In this document: positions 10,596 to 20,541 of the stretch, one piece after another
Layout of the letters: the number at the start of each line of letters is the position of its first letter
Position numbering within the stretch: the first letter of the stretch is position 1
Assembly (NCBI GenBank): GCA_963710375.1
Contig: CAVPZX010000003.1
Coordinates: forward strand, 1-64,000
Reading direction: 5' to 3'
Source: Nitrospirota bacterium
GTDB lineage: Bacteria; Nitrospirota; Thermodesulfovibrionia; Thermodesulfovibrionales; Dissulfurispiraceae
DNA length: 64,000 nucleotides
The notes under the pieces: generated by a model
What the model was told of the DNA's origin: nothing
The model's input: the letters and a program-made list of their open reading frames with translations, nothing else
The model's database searches: none
Program-made: the position numbers and the translations under genes

Positions 10596-11180
10596 ATGGA
10601 AAAGAAGATACTCAGGGCATTTGAAGACAGCATTGCGGTGAAGGAAAAATTTGTCAAGGAGTACGCACCGCTGATTGCCGAGGTGTCGAGGCTGATAGCC
10701 GACGCCTTCAATGACGGCAAAAAGGTTTTGATATTCGGTAATGGAGGGAGCGCCTGCGATGCCTCGCACATTGCTGCTGAATTTGTCAACCGGTTTAAAA
10801 GAGACCGCCCCGGACTGCCTGCCATCGCCTTGAATACTGATATGGCTGTGGTGACGTCTATTGCCAATGATTATGATTATTCCGAGATTTTCGCAAGGCA
10901 GGTCAAGACATTGGGTGAGGAAGGGGACATCACTGTTGCCATAAGCACCAGCGGAAGCTCGAAAAATATTCTTAAAGCTGTTGATGCTGCAAAAAAGAAA
11001 GGGCTGAGAACGATTGCCTTTACCGGTTCGAAAGGTGAAAGATTCGCTGCCAAGAATGATTACGCCTTCGTTGTTCCTTCCGAAGACACCCCCCGTATAC
11101 AAGAGGTGCATATAACGCTTGCTCATGTTATGTGCCAGATGGTTGAAGAAATACTTTTTGAAGCTCCAAGGAAAAAATAG
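10596..11180 (+). CDS. gmhA: Phosphoheptose isomerase
   Basis: GNGGSACDASHIAAEF, ANDY, ISTSGSS, TPRIQEVH. Confidence 0.96.
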   Translation: MEKKILRAFEDSIAVKEKFVKEYAPLIAEVSRLIADAFNDGKKVLIFGNGGSACDASHIAAEFVNRFKRDRPGLPAIALNTDMAVVTSIANDYDYSEIFARQVKTLGEEGDITVAISTSGSSKNILKAVDAAKKKGLRTIAFTGSKGERFAAKNDYAFVVPSEDTPRIQEVHITLAHVMCQMVEEILFEAPRKK

Positions 11181-11301
11181 GCAATAGGCTATAGGCATTG
11201 GGCTATAGGTTATAGAATAATAAATGATAAAAACTATTTTCCATCCTGTCCTGTCTTTATATCTTTCCCTATTGCCCATAGCCTATTGCCCATCGCCCGT
11301 T
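11176..11301. repeat. Inverted tandem heptamer repeat (AATAGGC / GCCTATT type)
   Basis: aataggc aataggc tataggc attgggc tataggt ... ccctatt gcccata gcctatt gcccatc; starts at the gmhA stop. Confidence 0.85.
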
Positions 11302-11309
11302 TTTTTTCT

Positions 11310-11822
11310 ATGAAAATCCTCGGCATCGACCCTGGAAGCGTCTATTGCGGGTATGGTTTCATAAAGGCCCCTGACAGAAACGCGCATAATGCAGGCAGCC
11401 GAAAGAACTGGCGGCCTATGTACCTGTCTTCCGGGAGAATCGTTCTCCCCGCTCGCCAGCCGCTCCATATACGGCTGAAAGAGCTTTACACCAACCTAAC
11501 TGAAGTTATTGCGGAATACGGTCCTGACGAAATAGTCATAGAAAAAATGTTTTTTGCAAGGGGTATAAAAGCGGCCATAAGCCTTGGGCATACAAGAGGT
11601 GTTGTTCTCATTGCCGCTGCCCTCACGGGCCTCGACATCTATGAGTATTCTGCCCTTGAAGTCAAGAAGTCGGTGGTAGGTTACGGAAAGGCTGACAAAA
11701 ACCAGGTCCAGAAGATGGTCAAAGAAATCCTGACAATTGGACATCCCCTCTCTCCCGACAGTGCCGATGCGCTGGCATTGGCACTGTGCCATGCCCATAC
11801 CAGAAAGTTCGATTGTCCCTAA
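11310..11822 (+). CDS. ruvC: Holliday junction resolvase RuvC
   Basis: MKILGIDPG, IVIEKMF, EYSALEVKKSVVGYGKADK, DSADALALALCH. Confidence 0.96.
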   Translation: MKILGIDPGSVYCGYGFIKAPDRNAHNAGSRKNWRPMYLSSGRIVLPARQPLHIRLKELYTNLTEVIAEYGPDEIVIEKMFFARGIKAAISLGHTRGVVLIAAALTGLDIYEYSALEVKKSVVGYGKADKNQVQKMVKEILTIGHPLSPDSADALALALCHAHTRKFDCP

Positions 11823-12071
11823 CAATAATCGAGGCCCGTGACATTATGAAGAAACAGGCTGAAGAGTCTGCTTAGTGAAAGTCGGTCTATCTCAACAGCA
11901 TCATGCAGTTCTCTCCTCTGGCTGTAGCTACAACAGAACCCGGCTGAGCGCTCGGTGGAATGACACGTAACTTATCTTTTTTGAATTTCTGTATCGGGAT
12001 TTGCGTTATAATAAACTAATTACCATGAAGCAGAGTTACCTATACGCAAACACCCGTAGCATTGGTCTGTC

Positions 12072-12644
12072 ATGATTGCGTCATTGCGCGGGAAGCTCAT
12101 TTCAAAAAGACCGGACAGGCTGATCGTTGACGTGCATGGCGTAGGTTACAGCGTTCAGGTGCCATTGACACTCATCTCATCTCTTCCTGACGAACACACG
12201 GACATCTTCCTTTATATCCATACGCATGTGAGAGAAGATGCATTACAGCTCTTCGGCTTCCAGGCAGAAGATGAAAAAAGGATATTTACGACGCTGATTG
12301 GGATTTCAGGCATCGGGCCCAGAACAGCGCTTAACCTCCTTTCTACCATCCCACCGGAAAAATTTTATACTGCCATCGATGCCGAAGATGTCGATGTTTT
12401 GTGCAAGGTCCCGGGACTCGGCAAGAAGACGGCGAACCGGTTGATCCTTGAACTGAAAGATAAGCTACCGTCATTCAAAGAGAAAAGGAATACCGTGTAT
12501 GACGACACTCTTTCCGCGCTGGTAAACCTGGGCTATAAAAAGAGCATTGCAGTGGATGCCGTCGATAAGGCGTACGGTACAGGTAAGGGCGACATTGAAA
12601 GTTTGCTTAGGGAGGCTTTAAAATATCTTACGGTGGATAAATGA
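12072..12644 (+). CDS. ruvA: Holliday junction DNA-binding protein RuvA
   Basis: [38 protein letters not shown]. Confidence 0.97.
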   Translation: MIASLRGKLISKRPDRLIVDVHGVGYSVQVPLTLISSLPDEHTDIFLYIHTHVREDALQLFGFQAEDEKRIFTTLIGISGIGPRTALNLLSTIPPEKFYTAIDAEDVDVLCKVPGLGKKTANRLILELKDKLPSFKEKRNTVYDDTLSALVNLGYKKSIAVDAVDKAYGTGKGDIESLLREALKYLTVDK

Positions 12645-13663
12645 GGATAGATGACAAAGAGGTTGGGCCTTTGTCTCCTGAAGCTGATCAGGAGGAGATG
12701 ACTTATGAGTCCAACCTGCGGCCCCGCACACTTGATGAGTTTGTAGGACAGCAGCGGACCAAAGATAATCTGAAGGTTTTTATTGCTGCCGCTGCGCTGA
12801 GAAAGGAGCCGCTTGACCACGCGCTTTTTTTCGGCCCTCCCGGTCTCGGCAAAACAACGCTTGCCACTATTATAGCCAACGAGTTGGCGGTGAATATAAA
12901 AAGCACATCTGGCCCAGTCCTCGAAAGACCGGGCGATCTCGCGGCTATATTGACTAATCTTTCCGACCGCGACATTTTGTTCATTGATGAAATTCACCGG
13001 CTTCCCAGGATTGTGGAAGAGGTGCTTTATCCTGCCATGGAGGACTTTAACCTTGACATTATTATAGGCCAGGGTCCCAACGCCAGGACTTTAAAATTGA
13101 ACCTCCCGCGCTTTACTCTGATAGGAGCTACAACACGTACGGGACTTTTGACCTCCCCGCTGCGCGACCGGTTCGGTGTCATATGCAGGCTTGAGTTTTA
13201 CACGCCGGATGAGCTTAAGGAAATAGTGGGACGCTCTGCGCACCTGCTCGAAATGCGGATAAAAGATGATGCCGCTATCGAGATTGCAAAGAGATCACGG
13301 GGCACACCCAGGATCGCAAACCGGCTGCTCAAGAGGATCAGGGATTTTGCCCAGGTTAAGGGGGATGGAAGTATCGATATGGCGATAACCAGACAGGCCC
13401 TGACAGCGCTTGACATCGACCATCTTGGACTTGATGAAATCGACAGAAAGTTGCTTTGGGCCATTATCGACAAATTCGGCGGGGGGCCGGCCGGCGTTGA
13501 TGCTATCGCAGCCTCCATGAGGGAGGACCGGGAAACGATTGAAGATGTATATGAGCCGTATTTGTTGCAGGAGGGCCTTATTGAAAGGACAGCGAGAGGA
13601 AGGCTTGCTACAAGGCTGGCCTACGAGCACTTAGGAAAAAAGCTGCCCCAAGGCCTGTTTTAA
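12641..13663 (+). CDS. ruvB: Holliday junction helicase RuvB
   Basis: [40 protein letters not shown]. Confidence 0.98.
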   Translation: MRIDDKEVGPLSPEADQEEMTYESNLRPRTLDEFVGQQRTKDNLKVFIAAAALRKEPLDHALFFGPPGLGKTTLATIIANELAVNIKSTSGPVLERPGDLAAILTNLSDRDILFIDEIHRLPRIVEEVLYPAMEDFNLDIIIGQGPNARTLKLNLPRFTLIGATTRTGLLTSPLRDRFGVICRLEFYTPDELKEIVGRSAHLLEMRIKDDAAIEIAKRSRGTPRIANRLLKRIRDFAQVKGDGSIDMAITRQALTALDIDHLGLDEIDRKLLWAIIDKFGGGPAGVDAIAASMREDRETIEDVYEPYLLQEGLIERTARGRLATRLAYEHLGKKLPQGLF

Positions 13664-13667
13664 ACTG

Positions 13668-14213
13668 ATGAAGCTGCTGATGCATATCTGTTGTGCAAAC
13701 TGCGCCACCTATCCTATGTCAGTAGTTAAAGAACGAGGGATTACGGTAAAAGGCCTCTGGTTCAATCCTAACATCCACCCATTCACGGAATATAGGAACA
13801 GACTTGAGGCCCTTCAAAAGCTCCAGCAACTATGGGGTTTGGATATTGAGTACATTGATTATTACGGTTTAAAGGAATACCTCAGAAATGTAGTAGGAAA
13901 TGAGGGCAACAGATGCGAATACTGCTATACCGCCAGACTCGAACAGGCCGCACTCAAGGCCCTGGAAGTAAAGGCGGATGCATTTTCAACCACCCTCCTG
14001 GTGAGCCCGTATCAGAAATTTGATATGATTATCGACATCGGTCGCATGATCCAGAAGCGGCACTCTGTAGAATTTTATGGCGAAGATTTCAGGCGCGGCT
14101 TTAGTGAGGGCAGGCAAATGGCTAAAACAATGGACCTCTACCGGCAGAAATACTGCGGATGCATCTATTCTGAAATGGAGAGATATCAAAAAACCGTGAA
14201 TGGTGAAATGTGA
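13668..14213 (+). CDS. queH: Epoxyqueuosine reductase QueH (DUF208)
   Basis: LLMHICCANC, FNPNIHP, RCEYCY, LYRQKYCGC. Confidence 0.92.
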   Translation: MKLLMHICCANCATYPMSVVKERGITVKGLWFNPNIHPFTEYRNRLEALQKLQQLWGLDIEYIDYYGLKEYLRNVVGNEGNRCEYCYTARLEQAALKALEVKADAFSTTLLVSPYQKFDMIIDIGRMIQKRHSVEFYGEDFRRGFSEGRQMAKTMDLYRQKYCGCIYSEMERYQKTVNGEM

Positions 14214-14316
14214 ATAGTGAAAAGGTAGAGGCAAAACAGAAAACAAAAAATGTGCTTTCGACTTTGGTTTTTAACTATTCACTTTTCACCATTCACTATT
14301 CACTTTTTTACGGTTT
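14191..14316. repeat. Inverted tandem heptamer element (GTGAATR / YATTCAC) with conserved core
   Basis: gtgaatg gtgaaat gtgaata gtgaaaa ... tattcac ttttcac cattcac tattcac; core homologous to the 31461 copy. Confidence 0.9.
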
Positions 14317-14325
14317 ACGTTAGTT

Positions 14326-14550
14326 ATGGATGGATTGCATCAAATAGGAAGGTTTTTAATAATTATCGGCATTGTTTGTGCCGCAGTAGGAGGGTTGTTT
14401 CTTTTTTCCGGAAAGGTCCCATGGCTCGGCAGACTTCCGGGTGATATTATTGTCCAAAAGAAAAATTTCACATTTTATTTCCCTCTGGCGACCAGCATTC
14501 TTGTCAGTGTCATATTAAGCCTGCTGCTCTGGTTTTTCGGTAGGCGCTGA
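14326..14550 (+). CDS. DUF2905 small membrane protein
   Basis: WLGRLPGDI...FTFYFPLATSILVS. Confidence 0.92.
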   Translation: MDGLHQIGRFLIIIGIVCAAVGGLFLFSGKVPWLGRLPGDIIVQKKNFTFYFPLATSILVSVILSLLLWFFGRR

Positions 14551-15561
14551 ATGGGTATTTTAAAATACCCAATGCTCTTCCTGGTGGCCCTTGCTTTATG
14601 CCTGGCGGCCCACCCTTCTCTGTCAATTGCAGAGCCGACTATGCGAGTATTGCTCGTTGACGGTAAAAATGCAAAGATACCGCGGAAAGATGAACAGGTC
14701 GAGAAGATCGGCACTGCCAGGGGAGAGGTCATTCTAAGCGGACTGAAATATTTCGGTAATATCGAGGTCTGGAAGGGTGAGGGGGGACTCTATATAATTA
14801 ACGAAATCTCCCTGGAGGATTACGTGAAAGGAGTGGTGGCAGCCGAAGAAGGGAGCAAATGGGATCTTGAGGCACTAAAGGCCCAGGCAGTTGCTGCTCG
14901 CACGTATGCCTTGTACCAGCGCTTGAACAACGTAACATCTAAGATGCGCTACGATCTTACTTCTACAGTTCTGCACCAGGCATTCAAGGGAAATGACATT
15001 CCGGCGAGCATAGTAAAGGCAGTAGATGAAACAAAGGGAGAGGTGCTTATGTATAAGGGAAGCCTGATTATTGCTTACTATCATTCTACAAGCGGGGGAG
15101 TCACTGAGGACCCGGCTGCGGTTTTCGGCAAAAGCTATCCCTATTTAAAATCTATGGAGACAAACTGTGAACTGTCTCCTTATTTCATGTGGGAGAAGAG
15201 AATTCCTGCTGCAGACATTGAGAAGGCAATGAATGTATCAGGTCTAAAAGATATTATTATTGACTCATATACGGTTTCAAACCGGGTCAAGATATTCAGG
15301 CTTGTAACTGAAAAAGGTGAAGTTGAAGTCTCGGGCCCCGAGTTCAGAAAGGATATAGGGTGGGATGAACTGCCAAGCACTTTGATTACAGATATAACCA
15401 GGGACGGAACCACTTATATTATTGAGGGAAGAGGCTATGGCCACGGCGTCGGCATGTGCCAGTGGTCCGCTCTCGAAATGGCGAAAGAGGGAAAGAATTA
15501 CAGGGAGATACTCTCTACGTTTTACCCGGGTACTACTATTGAGCGCTATGAGGACCGCTGA
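14551..15561 (+). CDS. SpoIID/LytB-domain peptidoglycan hydrolase
   Basis: LEDYVKGVVAAE, EALKAQAVAARTY, YHSTSGG, GYGHGVGMCQW. Confidence 0.93.
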   Translation: MGILKYPMLFLVALALCLAAHPSLSIAEPTMRVLLVDGKNAKIPRKDEQVEKIGTARGEVILSGLKYFGNIEVWKGEGGLYIINEISLEDYVKGVVAAEEGSKWDLEALKAQAVAARTYALYQRLNNVTSKMRYDLTSTVLHQAFKGNDIPASIVKAVDETKGEVLMYKGSLIIAYYHSTSGGVTEDPAAVFGKSYPYLKSMETNCELSPYFMWEKRIPAADIEKAMNVSGLKDIIIDSYTVSNRVKIFRLVTEKGEVEVSGPEFRKDIGWDELPSTLITDITRDGTTYIIEGRGYGHGVGMCQWSALEMAKEGKNYREILSTFYPGTTIERYEDR

Positions 15562-16648
15562 TTTCGATTTTGATCTGCCACAGGAATTGATCGCTTCACG
15601 ACCTTCCGACAAGAGAGACTATTCACAGCTGCTGATACTCCATAGGGATGGATCTATTGAGCATAAGCGCTTCTTTAACATTGTAGACTATCTTGAAGAA
15701 GGCGATATGATTTTAATGAACAATACCAAGGTATTTCCCGCACGCATTATCGGCAAAAAGACGGGGGGTCGGACAGTCGATATTCTATTGGTCAGAGAAA
15801 CGGCCGACAAATCAATATGGGAAATATTATGCAAGGGACATTGTGATGGACCCGTAACCGTTTTTGACAATATTAACGCTAAGATCGAAACGCATTATCC
15901 GGGTAACCAAAATGGGACAAAGAGATATCTGAGGATTCCGGAAAACGCTGTTGTTAAGTTGAACGACCTTGTTTGGAAGTATGGTTATATGCCTCTGCCA
16001 CCCTATATTAAGCGCATGCCGGAAGATTCAGACAAGGAACGTTACCAGACTGTCTACGCTGAGAAGCAGGGCTCTATAGCGGCACCTACTGCAGGACTTC
16101 ACTTTACAGATGATCTTATACATAAAATACAAAACAAGGGAGTATTCGTGAGGTTTTTGACCCTTCATGTCGGGACAGGCACATTTAAGCCCGTAAGAGC
16201 CGAATATGTGCAAGACCACAATATGGATTCAGAATATTTTGAAATGGACCAGTCAATAATAGAGGAGTTACAGCAGGTAAAGAAGAGCGGCAGAAGGGTT
16301 GTTGCGGTGGGGACAACAACAACCAGGACATTGGAGGGCATTGCAAGCGGGAAATATAAGATTTTCAATGAGTTGAATACTTCAAGCGGTCCTTTGGTGA
16401 AGAACGGTTTGCCCGACACAGGCACAAGTATGTCTGTAATAAAAGGGGCCACTGACATCTTTATTTGTCCTGGTTACAGCTTCAAGGCGGTTGACTGCCT
16501 CGTCACCAATTTTCATCTGCCACGCTCAACGCCGCTTATGCTTGTATCTGCGCTTTCTGATTTTGGTAAAATATCAAATGCATACAAGGAGGCCATTGCA
16601 AAGGATTATAGATTTTTCTCCTATGGTGATGCTATGCTAATTTTATGA
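15548..16648 (+). CDS. queA: S-adenosylmethionine:tRNA ribosyltransferase-isomerase
   Basis: FDFDLPQELIA, PLPPYI, YQTVYA, AAPTAGLHF, TNFHLPRST, FSYGDAM; start ATG 15548. Confidence 0.97.
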   Translation: MRTADFDFDLPQELIASRPSDKRDYSQLLILHRDGSIEHKRFFNIVDYLEEGDMILMNNTKVFPARIIGKKTGGRTVDILLVRETADKSIWEILCKGHCDGPVTVFDNINAKIETHYPGNQNGTKRYLRIPENAVVKLNDLVWKYGYMPLPPYIKRMPEDSDKERYQTVYAEKQGSIAAPTAGLHFTDDLIHKIQNKGVFVRFLTLHVGTGTFKPVRAEYVQDHNMDSEYFEMDQSIIEELQQVKKSGRRVVAVGTTTTRTLEGIASGKYKIFNELNTSSGPLVKNGLPDTGTSMSVIKGATDIFICPGYSFKAVDCLVTNFHLPRSTPLMLVSALSDFGKISNAYKEAIAKDYRFFSYGDAMLIL

Positions 16649-17448
16649 GGGGTGGGGCGACCGAAAGATCATCAATAATGCTGTTGAGCCGTAATACGGT
16701 GATTATAGGCGCTCTTCTCATCACTGTTGCCAGCTTCGGTATCGGATATTTTTTCGGTTTCAGGGGCGTCGGTTTAACCGGACAAGACAAGCAAACTGTT
16801 GAGAGCACCAAGACAGGTGAAGTTTTACCTTCCGAAGATAAACGTGTCATCGAGCTTCCGGTAAAAGATGTTGCTGGCCAACCTACCGGCGTTCAGTCTT
16901 CTCCGACAAATCAGCCTGAACAGGCCACAGAAGCCTCTGCACAAAAGTCTGCGGGAGCACCGGCAACCCAGGCAAAAGGCGACATGCCAAAGAAACAGGA
17001 TATTATAGAAAAAAACAAAAAGCCCGAACCGCAGAAGAATGAGGTCAGGACTGCCGCAGTTGCTGCAAATCAGGTCCAGGACAATACTTCTGTAAAATCT
17101 GCCCAGCCTGTCCAGCCTGCCGCGGCGGGCCAGCCCGCCCAGGCGGGTGCTTCTAAAACCGGCAGGCATACGGGCGAGAAGGCAAAAAAGAAGGCAAAGA
17201 AGTCCGTCCCATCCGGCAGGCTGTACACAGTGCAAGTGGGAGCATTTCCCAATAAGGAGGGAGCCGATCAGCTTTATCAGAGTCTGAAGGCTAAACACCT
17301 TAATCCTTATATTGTTAGCGCAAACGGAAGCAACGACTATTTCAAAGTCAGGATTGGGACCTTCAAGAATAAAAAAGCTGCAGAAAAAAGCTCGGCAGAG
17401 CTACTGAAGAAGACCGGATTGCAGAATTTCGTAACGGCGTCGCAATAA
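16645..17448 (+). CDS. SPOR-domain membrane-anchored protein
   Basis: N-terminal TM, low-complexity linker, C-terminal YTVQVGAF...FKVRIG. Confidence 0.88.
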   Translation: MRGGATERSSIMLLSRNTVIIGALLITVASFGIGYFFGFRGVGLTGQDKQTVESTKTGEVLPSEDKRVIELPVKDVAGQPTGVQSSPTNQPEQATEASAQKSAGAPATQAKGDMPKKQDIIEKNKKPEPQKNEVRTAAVAANQVQDNTSVKSAQPVQPAAAGQPAQAGASKTGRHTGEKAKKKAKKSVPSGRLYTVQVGAFPNKEGADQLYQSLKAKHLNPYIVSANGSNDYFKVRIGTFKNKKAAEKSSAELLKKTGLQNFVTASQ

Positions 17449-17514
17449 CCGGTCGGAAATGAATATGCAATGCCGCCATCTGAATTTTCATGTCGAAGCA
17501 ATCTCACCACAAAA

Positions 17515-17552
17515 AGCGAATCGAGCGTTCAGCGGGAAGCGTTGAGCGCAAA
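17515..17552 (+). repeat. Degenerate heptamer tract (AGCGTTN)
   Basis: agcgaat..agcgttc agcggga agcgttg agcgcaa just before the phoH ATG. Confidence 0.5.
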
Positions 17553-17554
17553 AA

Positions 17555-18532
17555 ATGGAGACTGTCACGAAAACGATAGAGCTTGAACTTGACGAAGCTG
17601 AAGAGTATCCTTTCCTGCATGGGGGGATCGATAAAACCCTTAAAGTTATCGAAGGGTCCCTGGGCGTTGACATCAGCGTAAGGGGAAACAAACTGATTAT
17701 CAGGGGTGAGGACAGGGAAGCTGCGAGGGCGGAACAGTTGATCGATGAGCTCAGGGTAGTCAACAAGAGCGGCTATGCCCTTAAACCTGAAGATATAAGC
17801 TATGCGGTAAGATCAATGTGCGAAGGCGAGGATATTTCGGTCAAAGAGCTCTTTTCGAATAATATCCCTGTATCATCGAAGAGAAGGTTTATCATACCTA
17901 AAACAGAGACTCAGCGGCTGTATATCAACGCAATACGCATGTATGATATTACATTCGGCATAGGTCCTGCAGGCACCGGTAAGACGTATCTCGCAATGGC
18001 CATGGCCATCAATTCGTTTCTGACAAAACAGGTTTCTAGGATCGTGCTGGTCAGGCCCGCAGTAGAGGCTGGGGAAAAGCTGGGATTCCTGCCCGGCGAC
18101 ATAGCAGAAAAGGTCAGCCCCTATTTGAGGCCTCTTTACGATGCACTGTTCGACATGATGGAAATTGACAAGTCTTCAAAGCTCATTGAGCGGGGCATTA
18201 TAGAAATAGCTCCGCTAGCCTTTATGAGGGGGAGAACGCTGAACGACTCTTTTGTTATACTCGACGAGGCCCAGAACACCACCCCTGAGCAGATGAAGAT
18301 GTATCTGACAAGACTTGGCTTCGGATCAAAAACAGTGGTTACAGGGGATATTACGCAGATTGATCTGCCCCAGGACAGGACATCCGGACTTGTAGAGGCC
18401 ATCAGGATACTGAAAAACATTGAGGACATAAAGATCATTCATTTTTCGGAAAAGGATGTTGTGCGGCACCGGCTGGTGCAGGAAATAGTCAGGGCATACG
18501 AAAAACATGAAAAACGGAACGTCGAAAAGTAG
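17555..18532 (+). CDS. phoH: PhoH-family ATPase
   Basis: GPAGTGKTYLA, RPAVEAGEKLGFLPG, FMRGRTL, LDEAQN, DVVRH. Confidence 0.96.
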   Translation: METVTKTIELELDEAEEYPFLHGGIDKTLKVIEGSLGVDISVRGNKLIIRGEDREAARAEQLIDELRVVNKSGYALKPEDISYAVRSMCEGEDISVKELFSNNIPVSSKRRFIIPKTETQRLYINAIRMYDITFGIGPAGTGKTYLAMAMAINSFLTKQVSRIVLVRPAVEAGEKLGFLPGDIAEKVSPYLRPLYDALFDMMEIDKSSKLIERGIIEIAPLAFMRGRTLNDSFVILDEAQNTTPEQMKMYLTRLGFGSKTVVTGDITQIDLPQDRTSGLVEAIRILKNIEDIKIIHFSEKDVVRHRLVQEIVRAYEKHEKRNVEK

Positions 18533-20135
18533 TACATCCAAGAAGAACAGGACTGTAGCGGAATGGCTCAGGGAATACTGGCAGAAGCATAGGAATGACC
18601 TCTCGAAAATTTATGTGCTGCTGGGATTGAGTCTGGTGTGCGCTTTGGTAATCCAGGAGCGCATCGGCATCGACCATTTCATAGGGAGCTTCCTTATAAC
18701 AGCTATAGTCTTTTTTATATTTTACCGGGACATAAGGCGGTATAAGCCGGTTTACCTCAATGACAAAAAAATGCTGCTGCTGCTGGGTCTGCTCGTTGCC
18801 GGCACACTCATATTAGGACGTATTTCCGAATATTTGCTTTCCGGTCTCCATAGGGGACTTGTCCTGCCGAGGGGCGGGGCTTTTTTATACGGCATACCCA
18901 TTCCTATGGGGGCAATGCTGGTCACGCTCATCTTTGACTTTCACACGGCAATAATTTTCTCCTTTGTCATCAGCATCCTGTCCGGGATATGGCTCAACAA
19001 TCCGTTATATACGGTGTATGCGTTTATCGGAAGTCTGACAGCTGCGTTCAGCGTCATCAGGTGCAAGAGACGGTCTTCGCTTCTAAAGGGAGGCATTTAT
19101 GTGAGCGCTGTTAATGTTTTGACCGTCGGTGTCCTGCTGCTCTTCGAGGGCAACCTCTTTGCCCCCATGGCGCCCCATGCCTTTATATTTGCCGCAATGT
19201 CCGGCATAATGGTTGCTGCTATAGTCTCTCTTTTACTTCCGGTAATCGAATATATATTTGCCGTTACTACCGATATTAGCCTTATTGAGCTGATGGACCT
19301 TGATCAGCCGCTCATGCATAATCTCATGATCGCCGCGCCGGGCACCTACCACCACAGCATTATTGTGGGAAATCTTGCCGAGACGGCGGCTGAGGCGGTG
19401 GGGGCCAATCCGCTTCTGGCACGGGTGACCGCGTGTTACCATGATATTGGAAAGATACGCATGCCTGAATATTACGTCGAGAACCAAACCAATAGTACGA
19501 ACAAGCATGAAAAACTTACACCGCACATGAGCAGCATGATCCTTATTACGCATGTTAAGGACGGGGTGGAACTGGCGCGGCAATACAAGATGCCCAAACA
19601 AATTGTTGATATTATTCAACAGCATCATGGCACAAGCCTGATCACATTTTTTTATCAAAAAGCCCTTGAGCAGACAAAAGATGATCTGCCGCTCCAGGAA
19701 GATTACCGTTACCCCGGGCCTAAACCCCAGACAAGGGTTGCCGCTATTGTCATGATGGCGGATGCAGTTGAGGCTGCCTCACGCTCACTTGCCGAGCCCA
19801 CTCCGGCAAGGATTTCGGCACTGGTGGACAAAATAATCAACCATATATTTCTAGATGGACAGATCGATGAGTGCGAACTTACTCTGAAGGACATCTCTGA
19901 AATAAAGAAACGGTTCACTTACATTCTCACCAGTATCTTCCACAGGAGAATAGAATATCCGGAGATTGCAATGAAAGGCGGGCAGCAAAAGGTCCCGTCT
20001 GAAGCGGTAGTGGCCCGGACTGCCGGTGATAAGGGAGTGACTGGAACATTGCCACAAGGAAATGGAAATAGCAATAAAGAACAACCAAAGGTTGATCAAG
20101 CCAAACTATCGGGCAACAGAGAGGGTGCTCAATAA
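18507..20135 (+). CDS. 7TM-HD (HDIG) phosphohydrolase, PgpH-like
   Basis: Multiple TMs then APGTYHHS, YHDIGK, HHGT, YPGPKP, MMADAVEAASR. Confidence 0.9.
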   Translation: MKNGTSKSSTSKKNRTVAEWLREYWQKHRNDLSKIYVLLGLSLVCALVIQERIGIDHFIGSFLITAIVFFIFYRDIRRYKPVYLNDKKMLLLLGLLVAGTLILGRISEYLLSGLHRGLVLPRGGAFLYGIPIPMGAMLVTLIFDFHTAIIFSFVISILSGIWLNNPLYTVYAFIGSLTAAFSVIRCKRRSSLLKGGIYVSAVNVLTVGVLLLFEGNLFAPMAPHAFIFAAMSGIMVAAIVSLLLPVIEYIFAVTTDISLIELMDLDQPLMHNLMIAAPGTYHHSIIVGNLAETAAEAVGANPLLARVTACYHDIGKIRMPEYYVENQTNSTNKHEKLTPHMSSMILITHVKDGVELARQYKMPKQIVDIIQQHHGTSLITFFYQKALEQTKDDLPLQEDYRYPGPKPQTRVAAIVMMADAVEAASRSLAEPTPARISALVDKIINHIFLDGQIDECELTLKDISEIKKRFTYILTSIFHRRIEYPEIAMKGGQQKVPSEAVVARTAGDKGVTGTLPQGNGNSNKEQPKVDQAKLSGNREGAQ

Positions 20136-20541
20136 GGCCCTTACTCATCTGGCGTATAAAGGGCGCGATACTCTCATCTCCGGCAAGCATATCTTGGAGA
20201 ACCTTGAAGTAAGTGTGCTTTTTGTGAATGATGCCGGAATGAGGAGGCTTAATCACCTGTATCGCGGCATTGACAGGACGACTGATGTGCTTTCTTTCCC
20301 GCTTATAAGTGAGAAGCCCGGCCTGCATGTCAGGCACTTGTTGCTTGGAGATATAGTCATAAGCCTTCCTCAGGCAAAACGGCAGGCTGAGGAATATGGC
20401 GCCACCTTTAACCGGGAGCTCGCGCGCCTGCTCATTCACGGTCTTCTTCATCTGCTGGGTTATGATCACGAAAAAAGCAGCTATAGGGCGGCAAAAATGA
20501 AGCGGCTGGAAGCCGAACTGGCAGAAGCTGTATGCCTTTAA
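20062..20541 (+). CDS. ybeY: rRNA maturation endoribonuclease YbeY
   Basis: TDVLSFP, LGDIVIS, IHGLLHLLGYDH. Confidence 0.96.
   Translation: MEIAIKNNQRLIKPNYRATERVLNKALTHLAYKGRDTLISGKHILENLEVSVLFVNDAGMRRLNHLYRGIDRTTDVLSFPLISEKPGLHVRHLLLGDIVISLPQAKRQAEEYGATFNRELARLLIHGLLHLLGYDHEKSSYRAAKMKRLEAELAEAVCL

Noticed and set aside
10476..11279. 267-aa minus-strand ORF
   Set aside because: Antisense to gmhA and the heptamer repeat; no motifs
14191..14316. Heptamer arrays as CRISPR or simple terminators
   Set aside because: Units are 7-8 nt with no unique spacers and no cas genes; arms are much longer than terminator stems
14250..14444. ORFs rich in FTIH/FSPF (also 31522-31809, 51767-51955)
   Set aside because: Translations of heptamer/octamer repeats
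15422..15547. N-terminal extension of queA in the ORF track
   Set aside because: Overlaps the SpoIID gene; QueA similarity begins at ATG 15548
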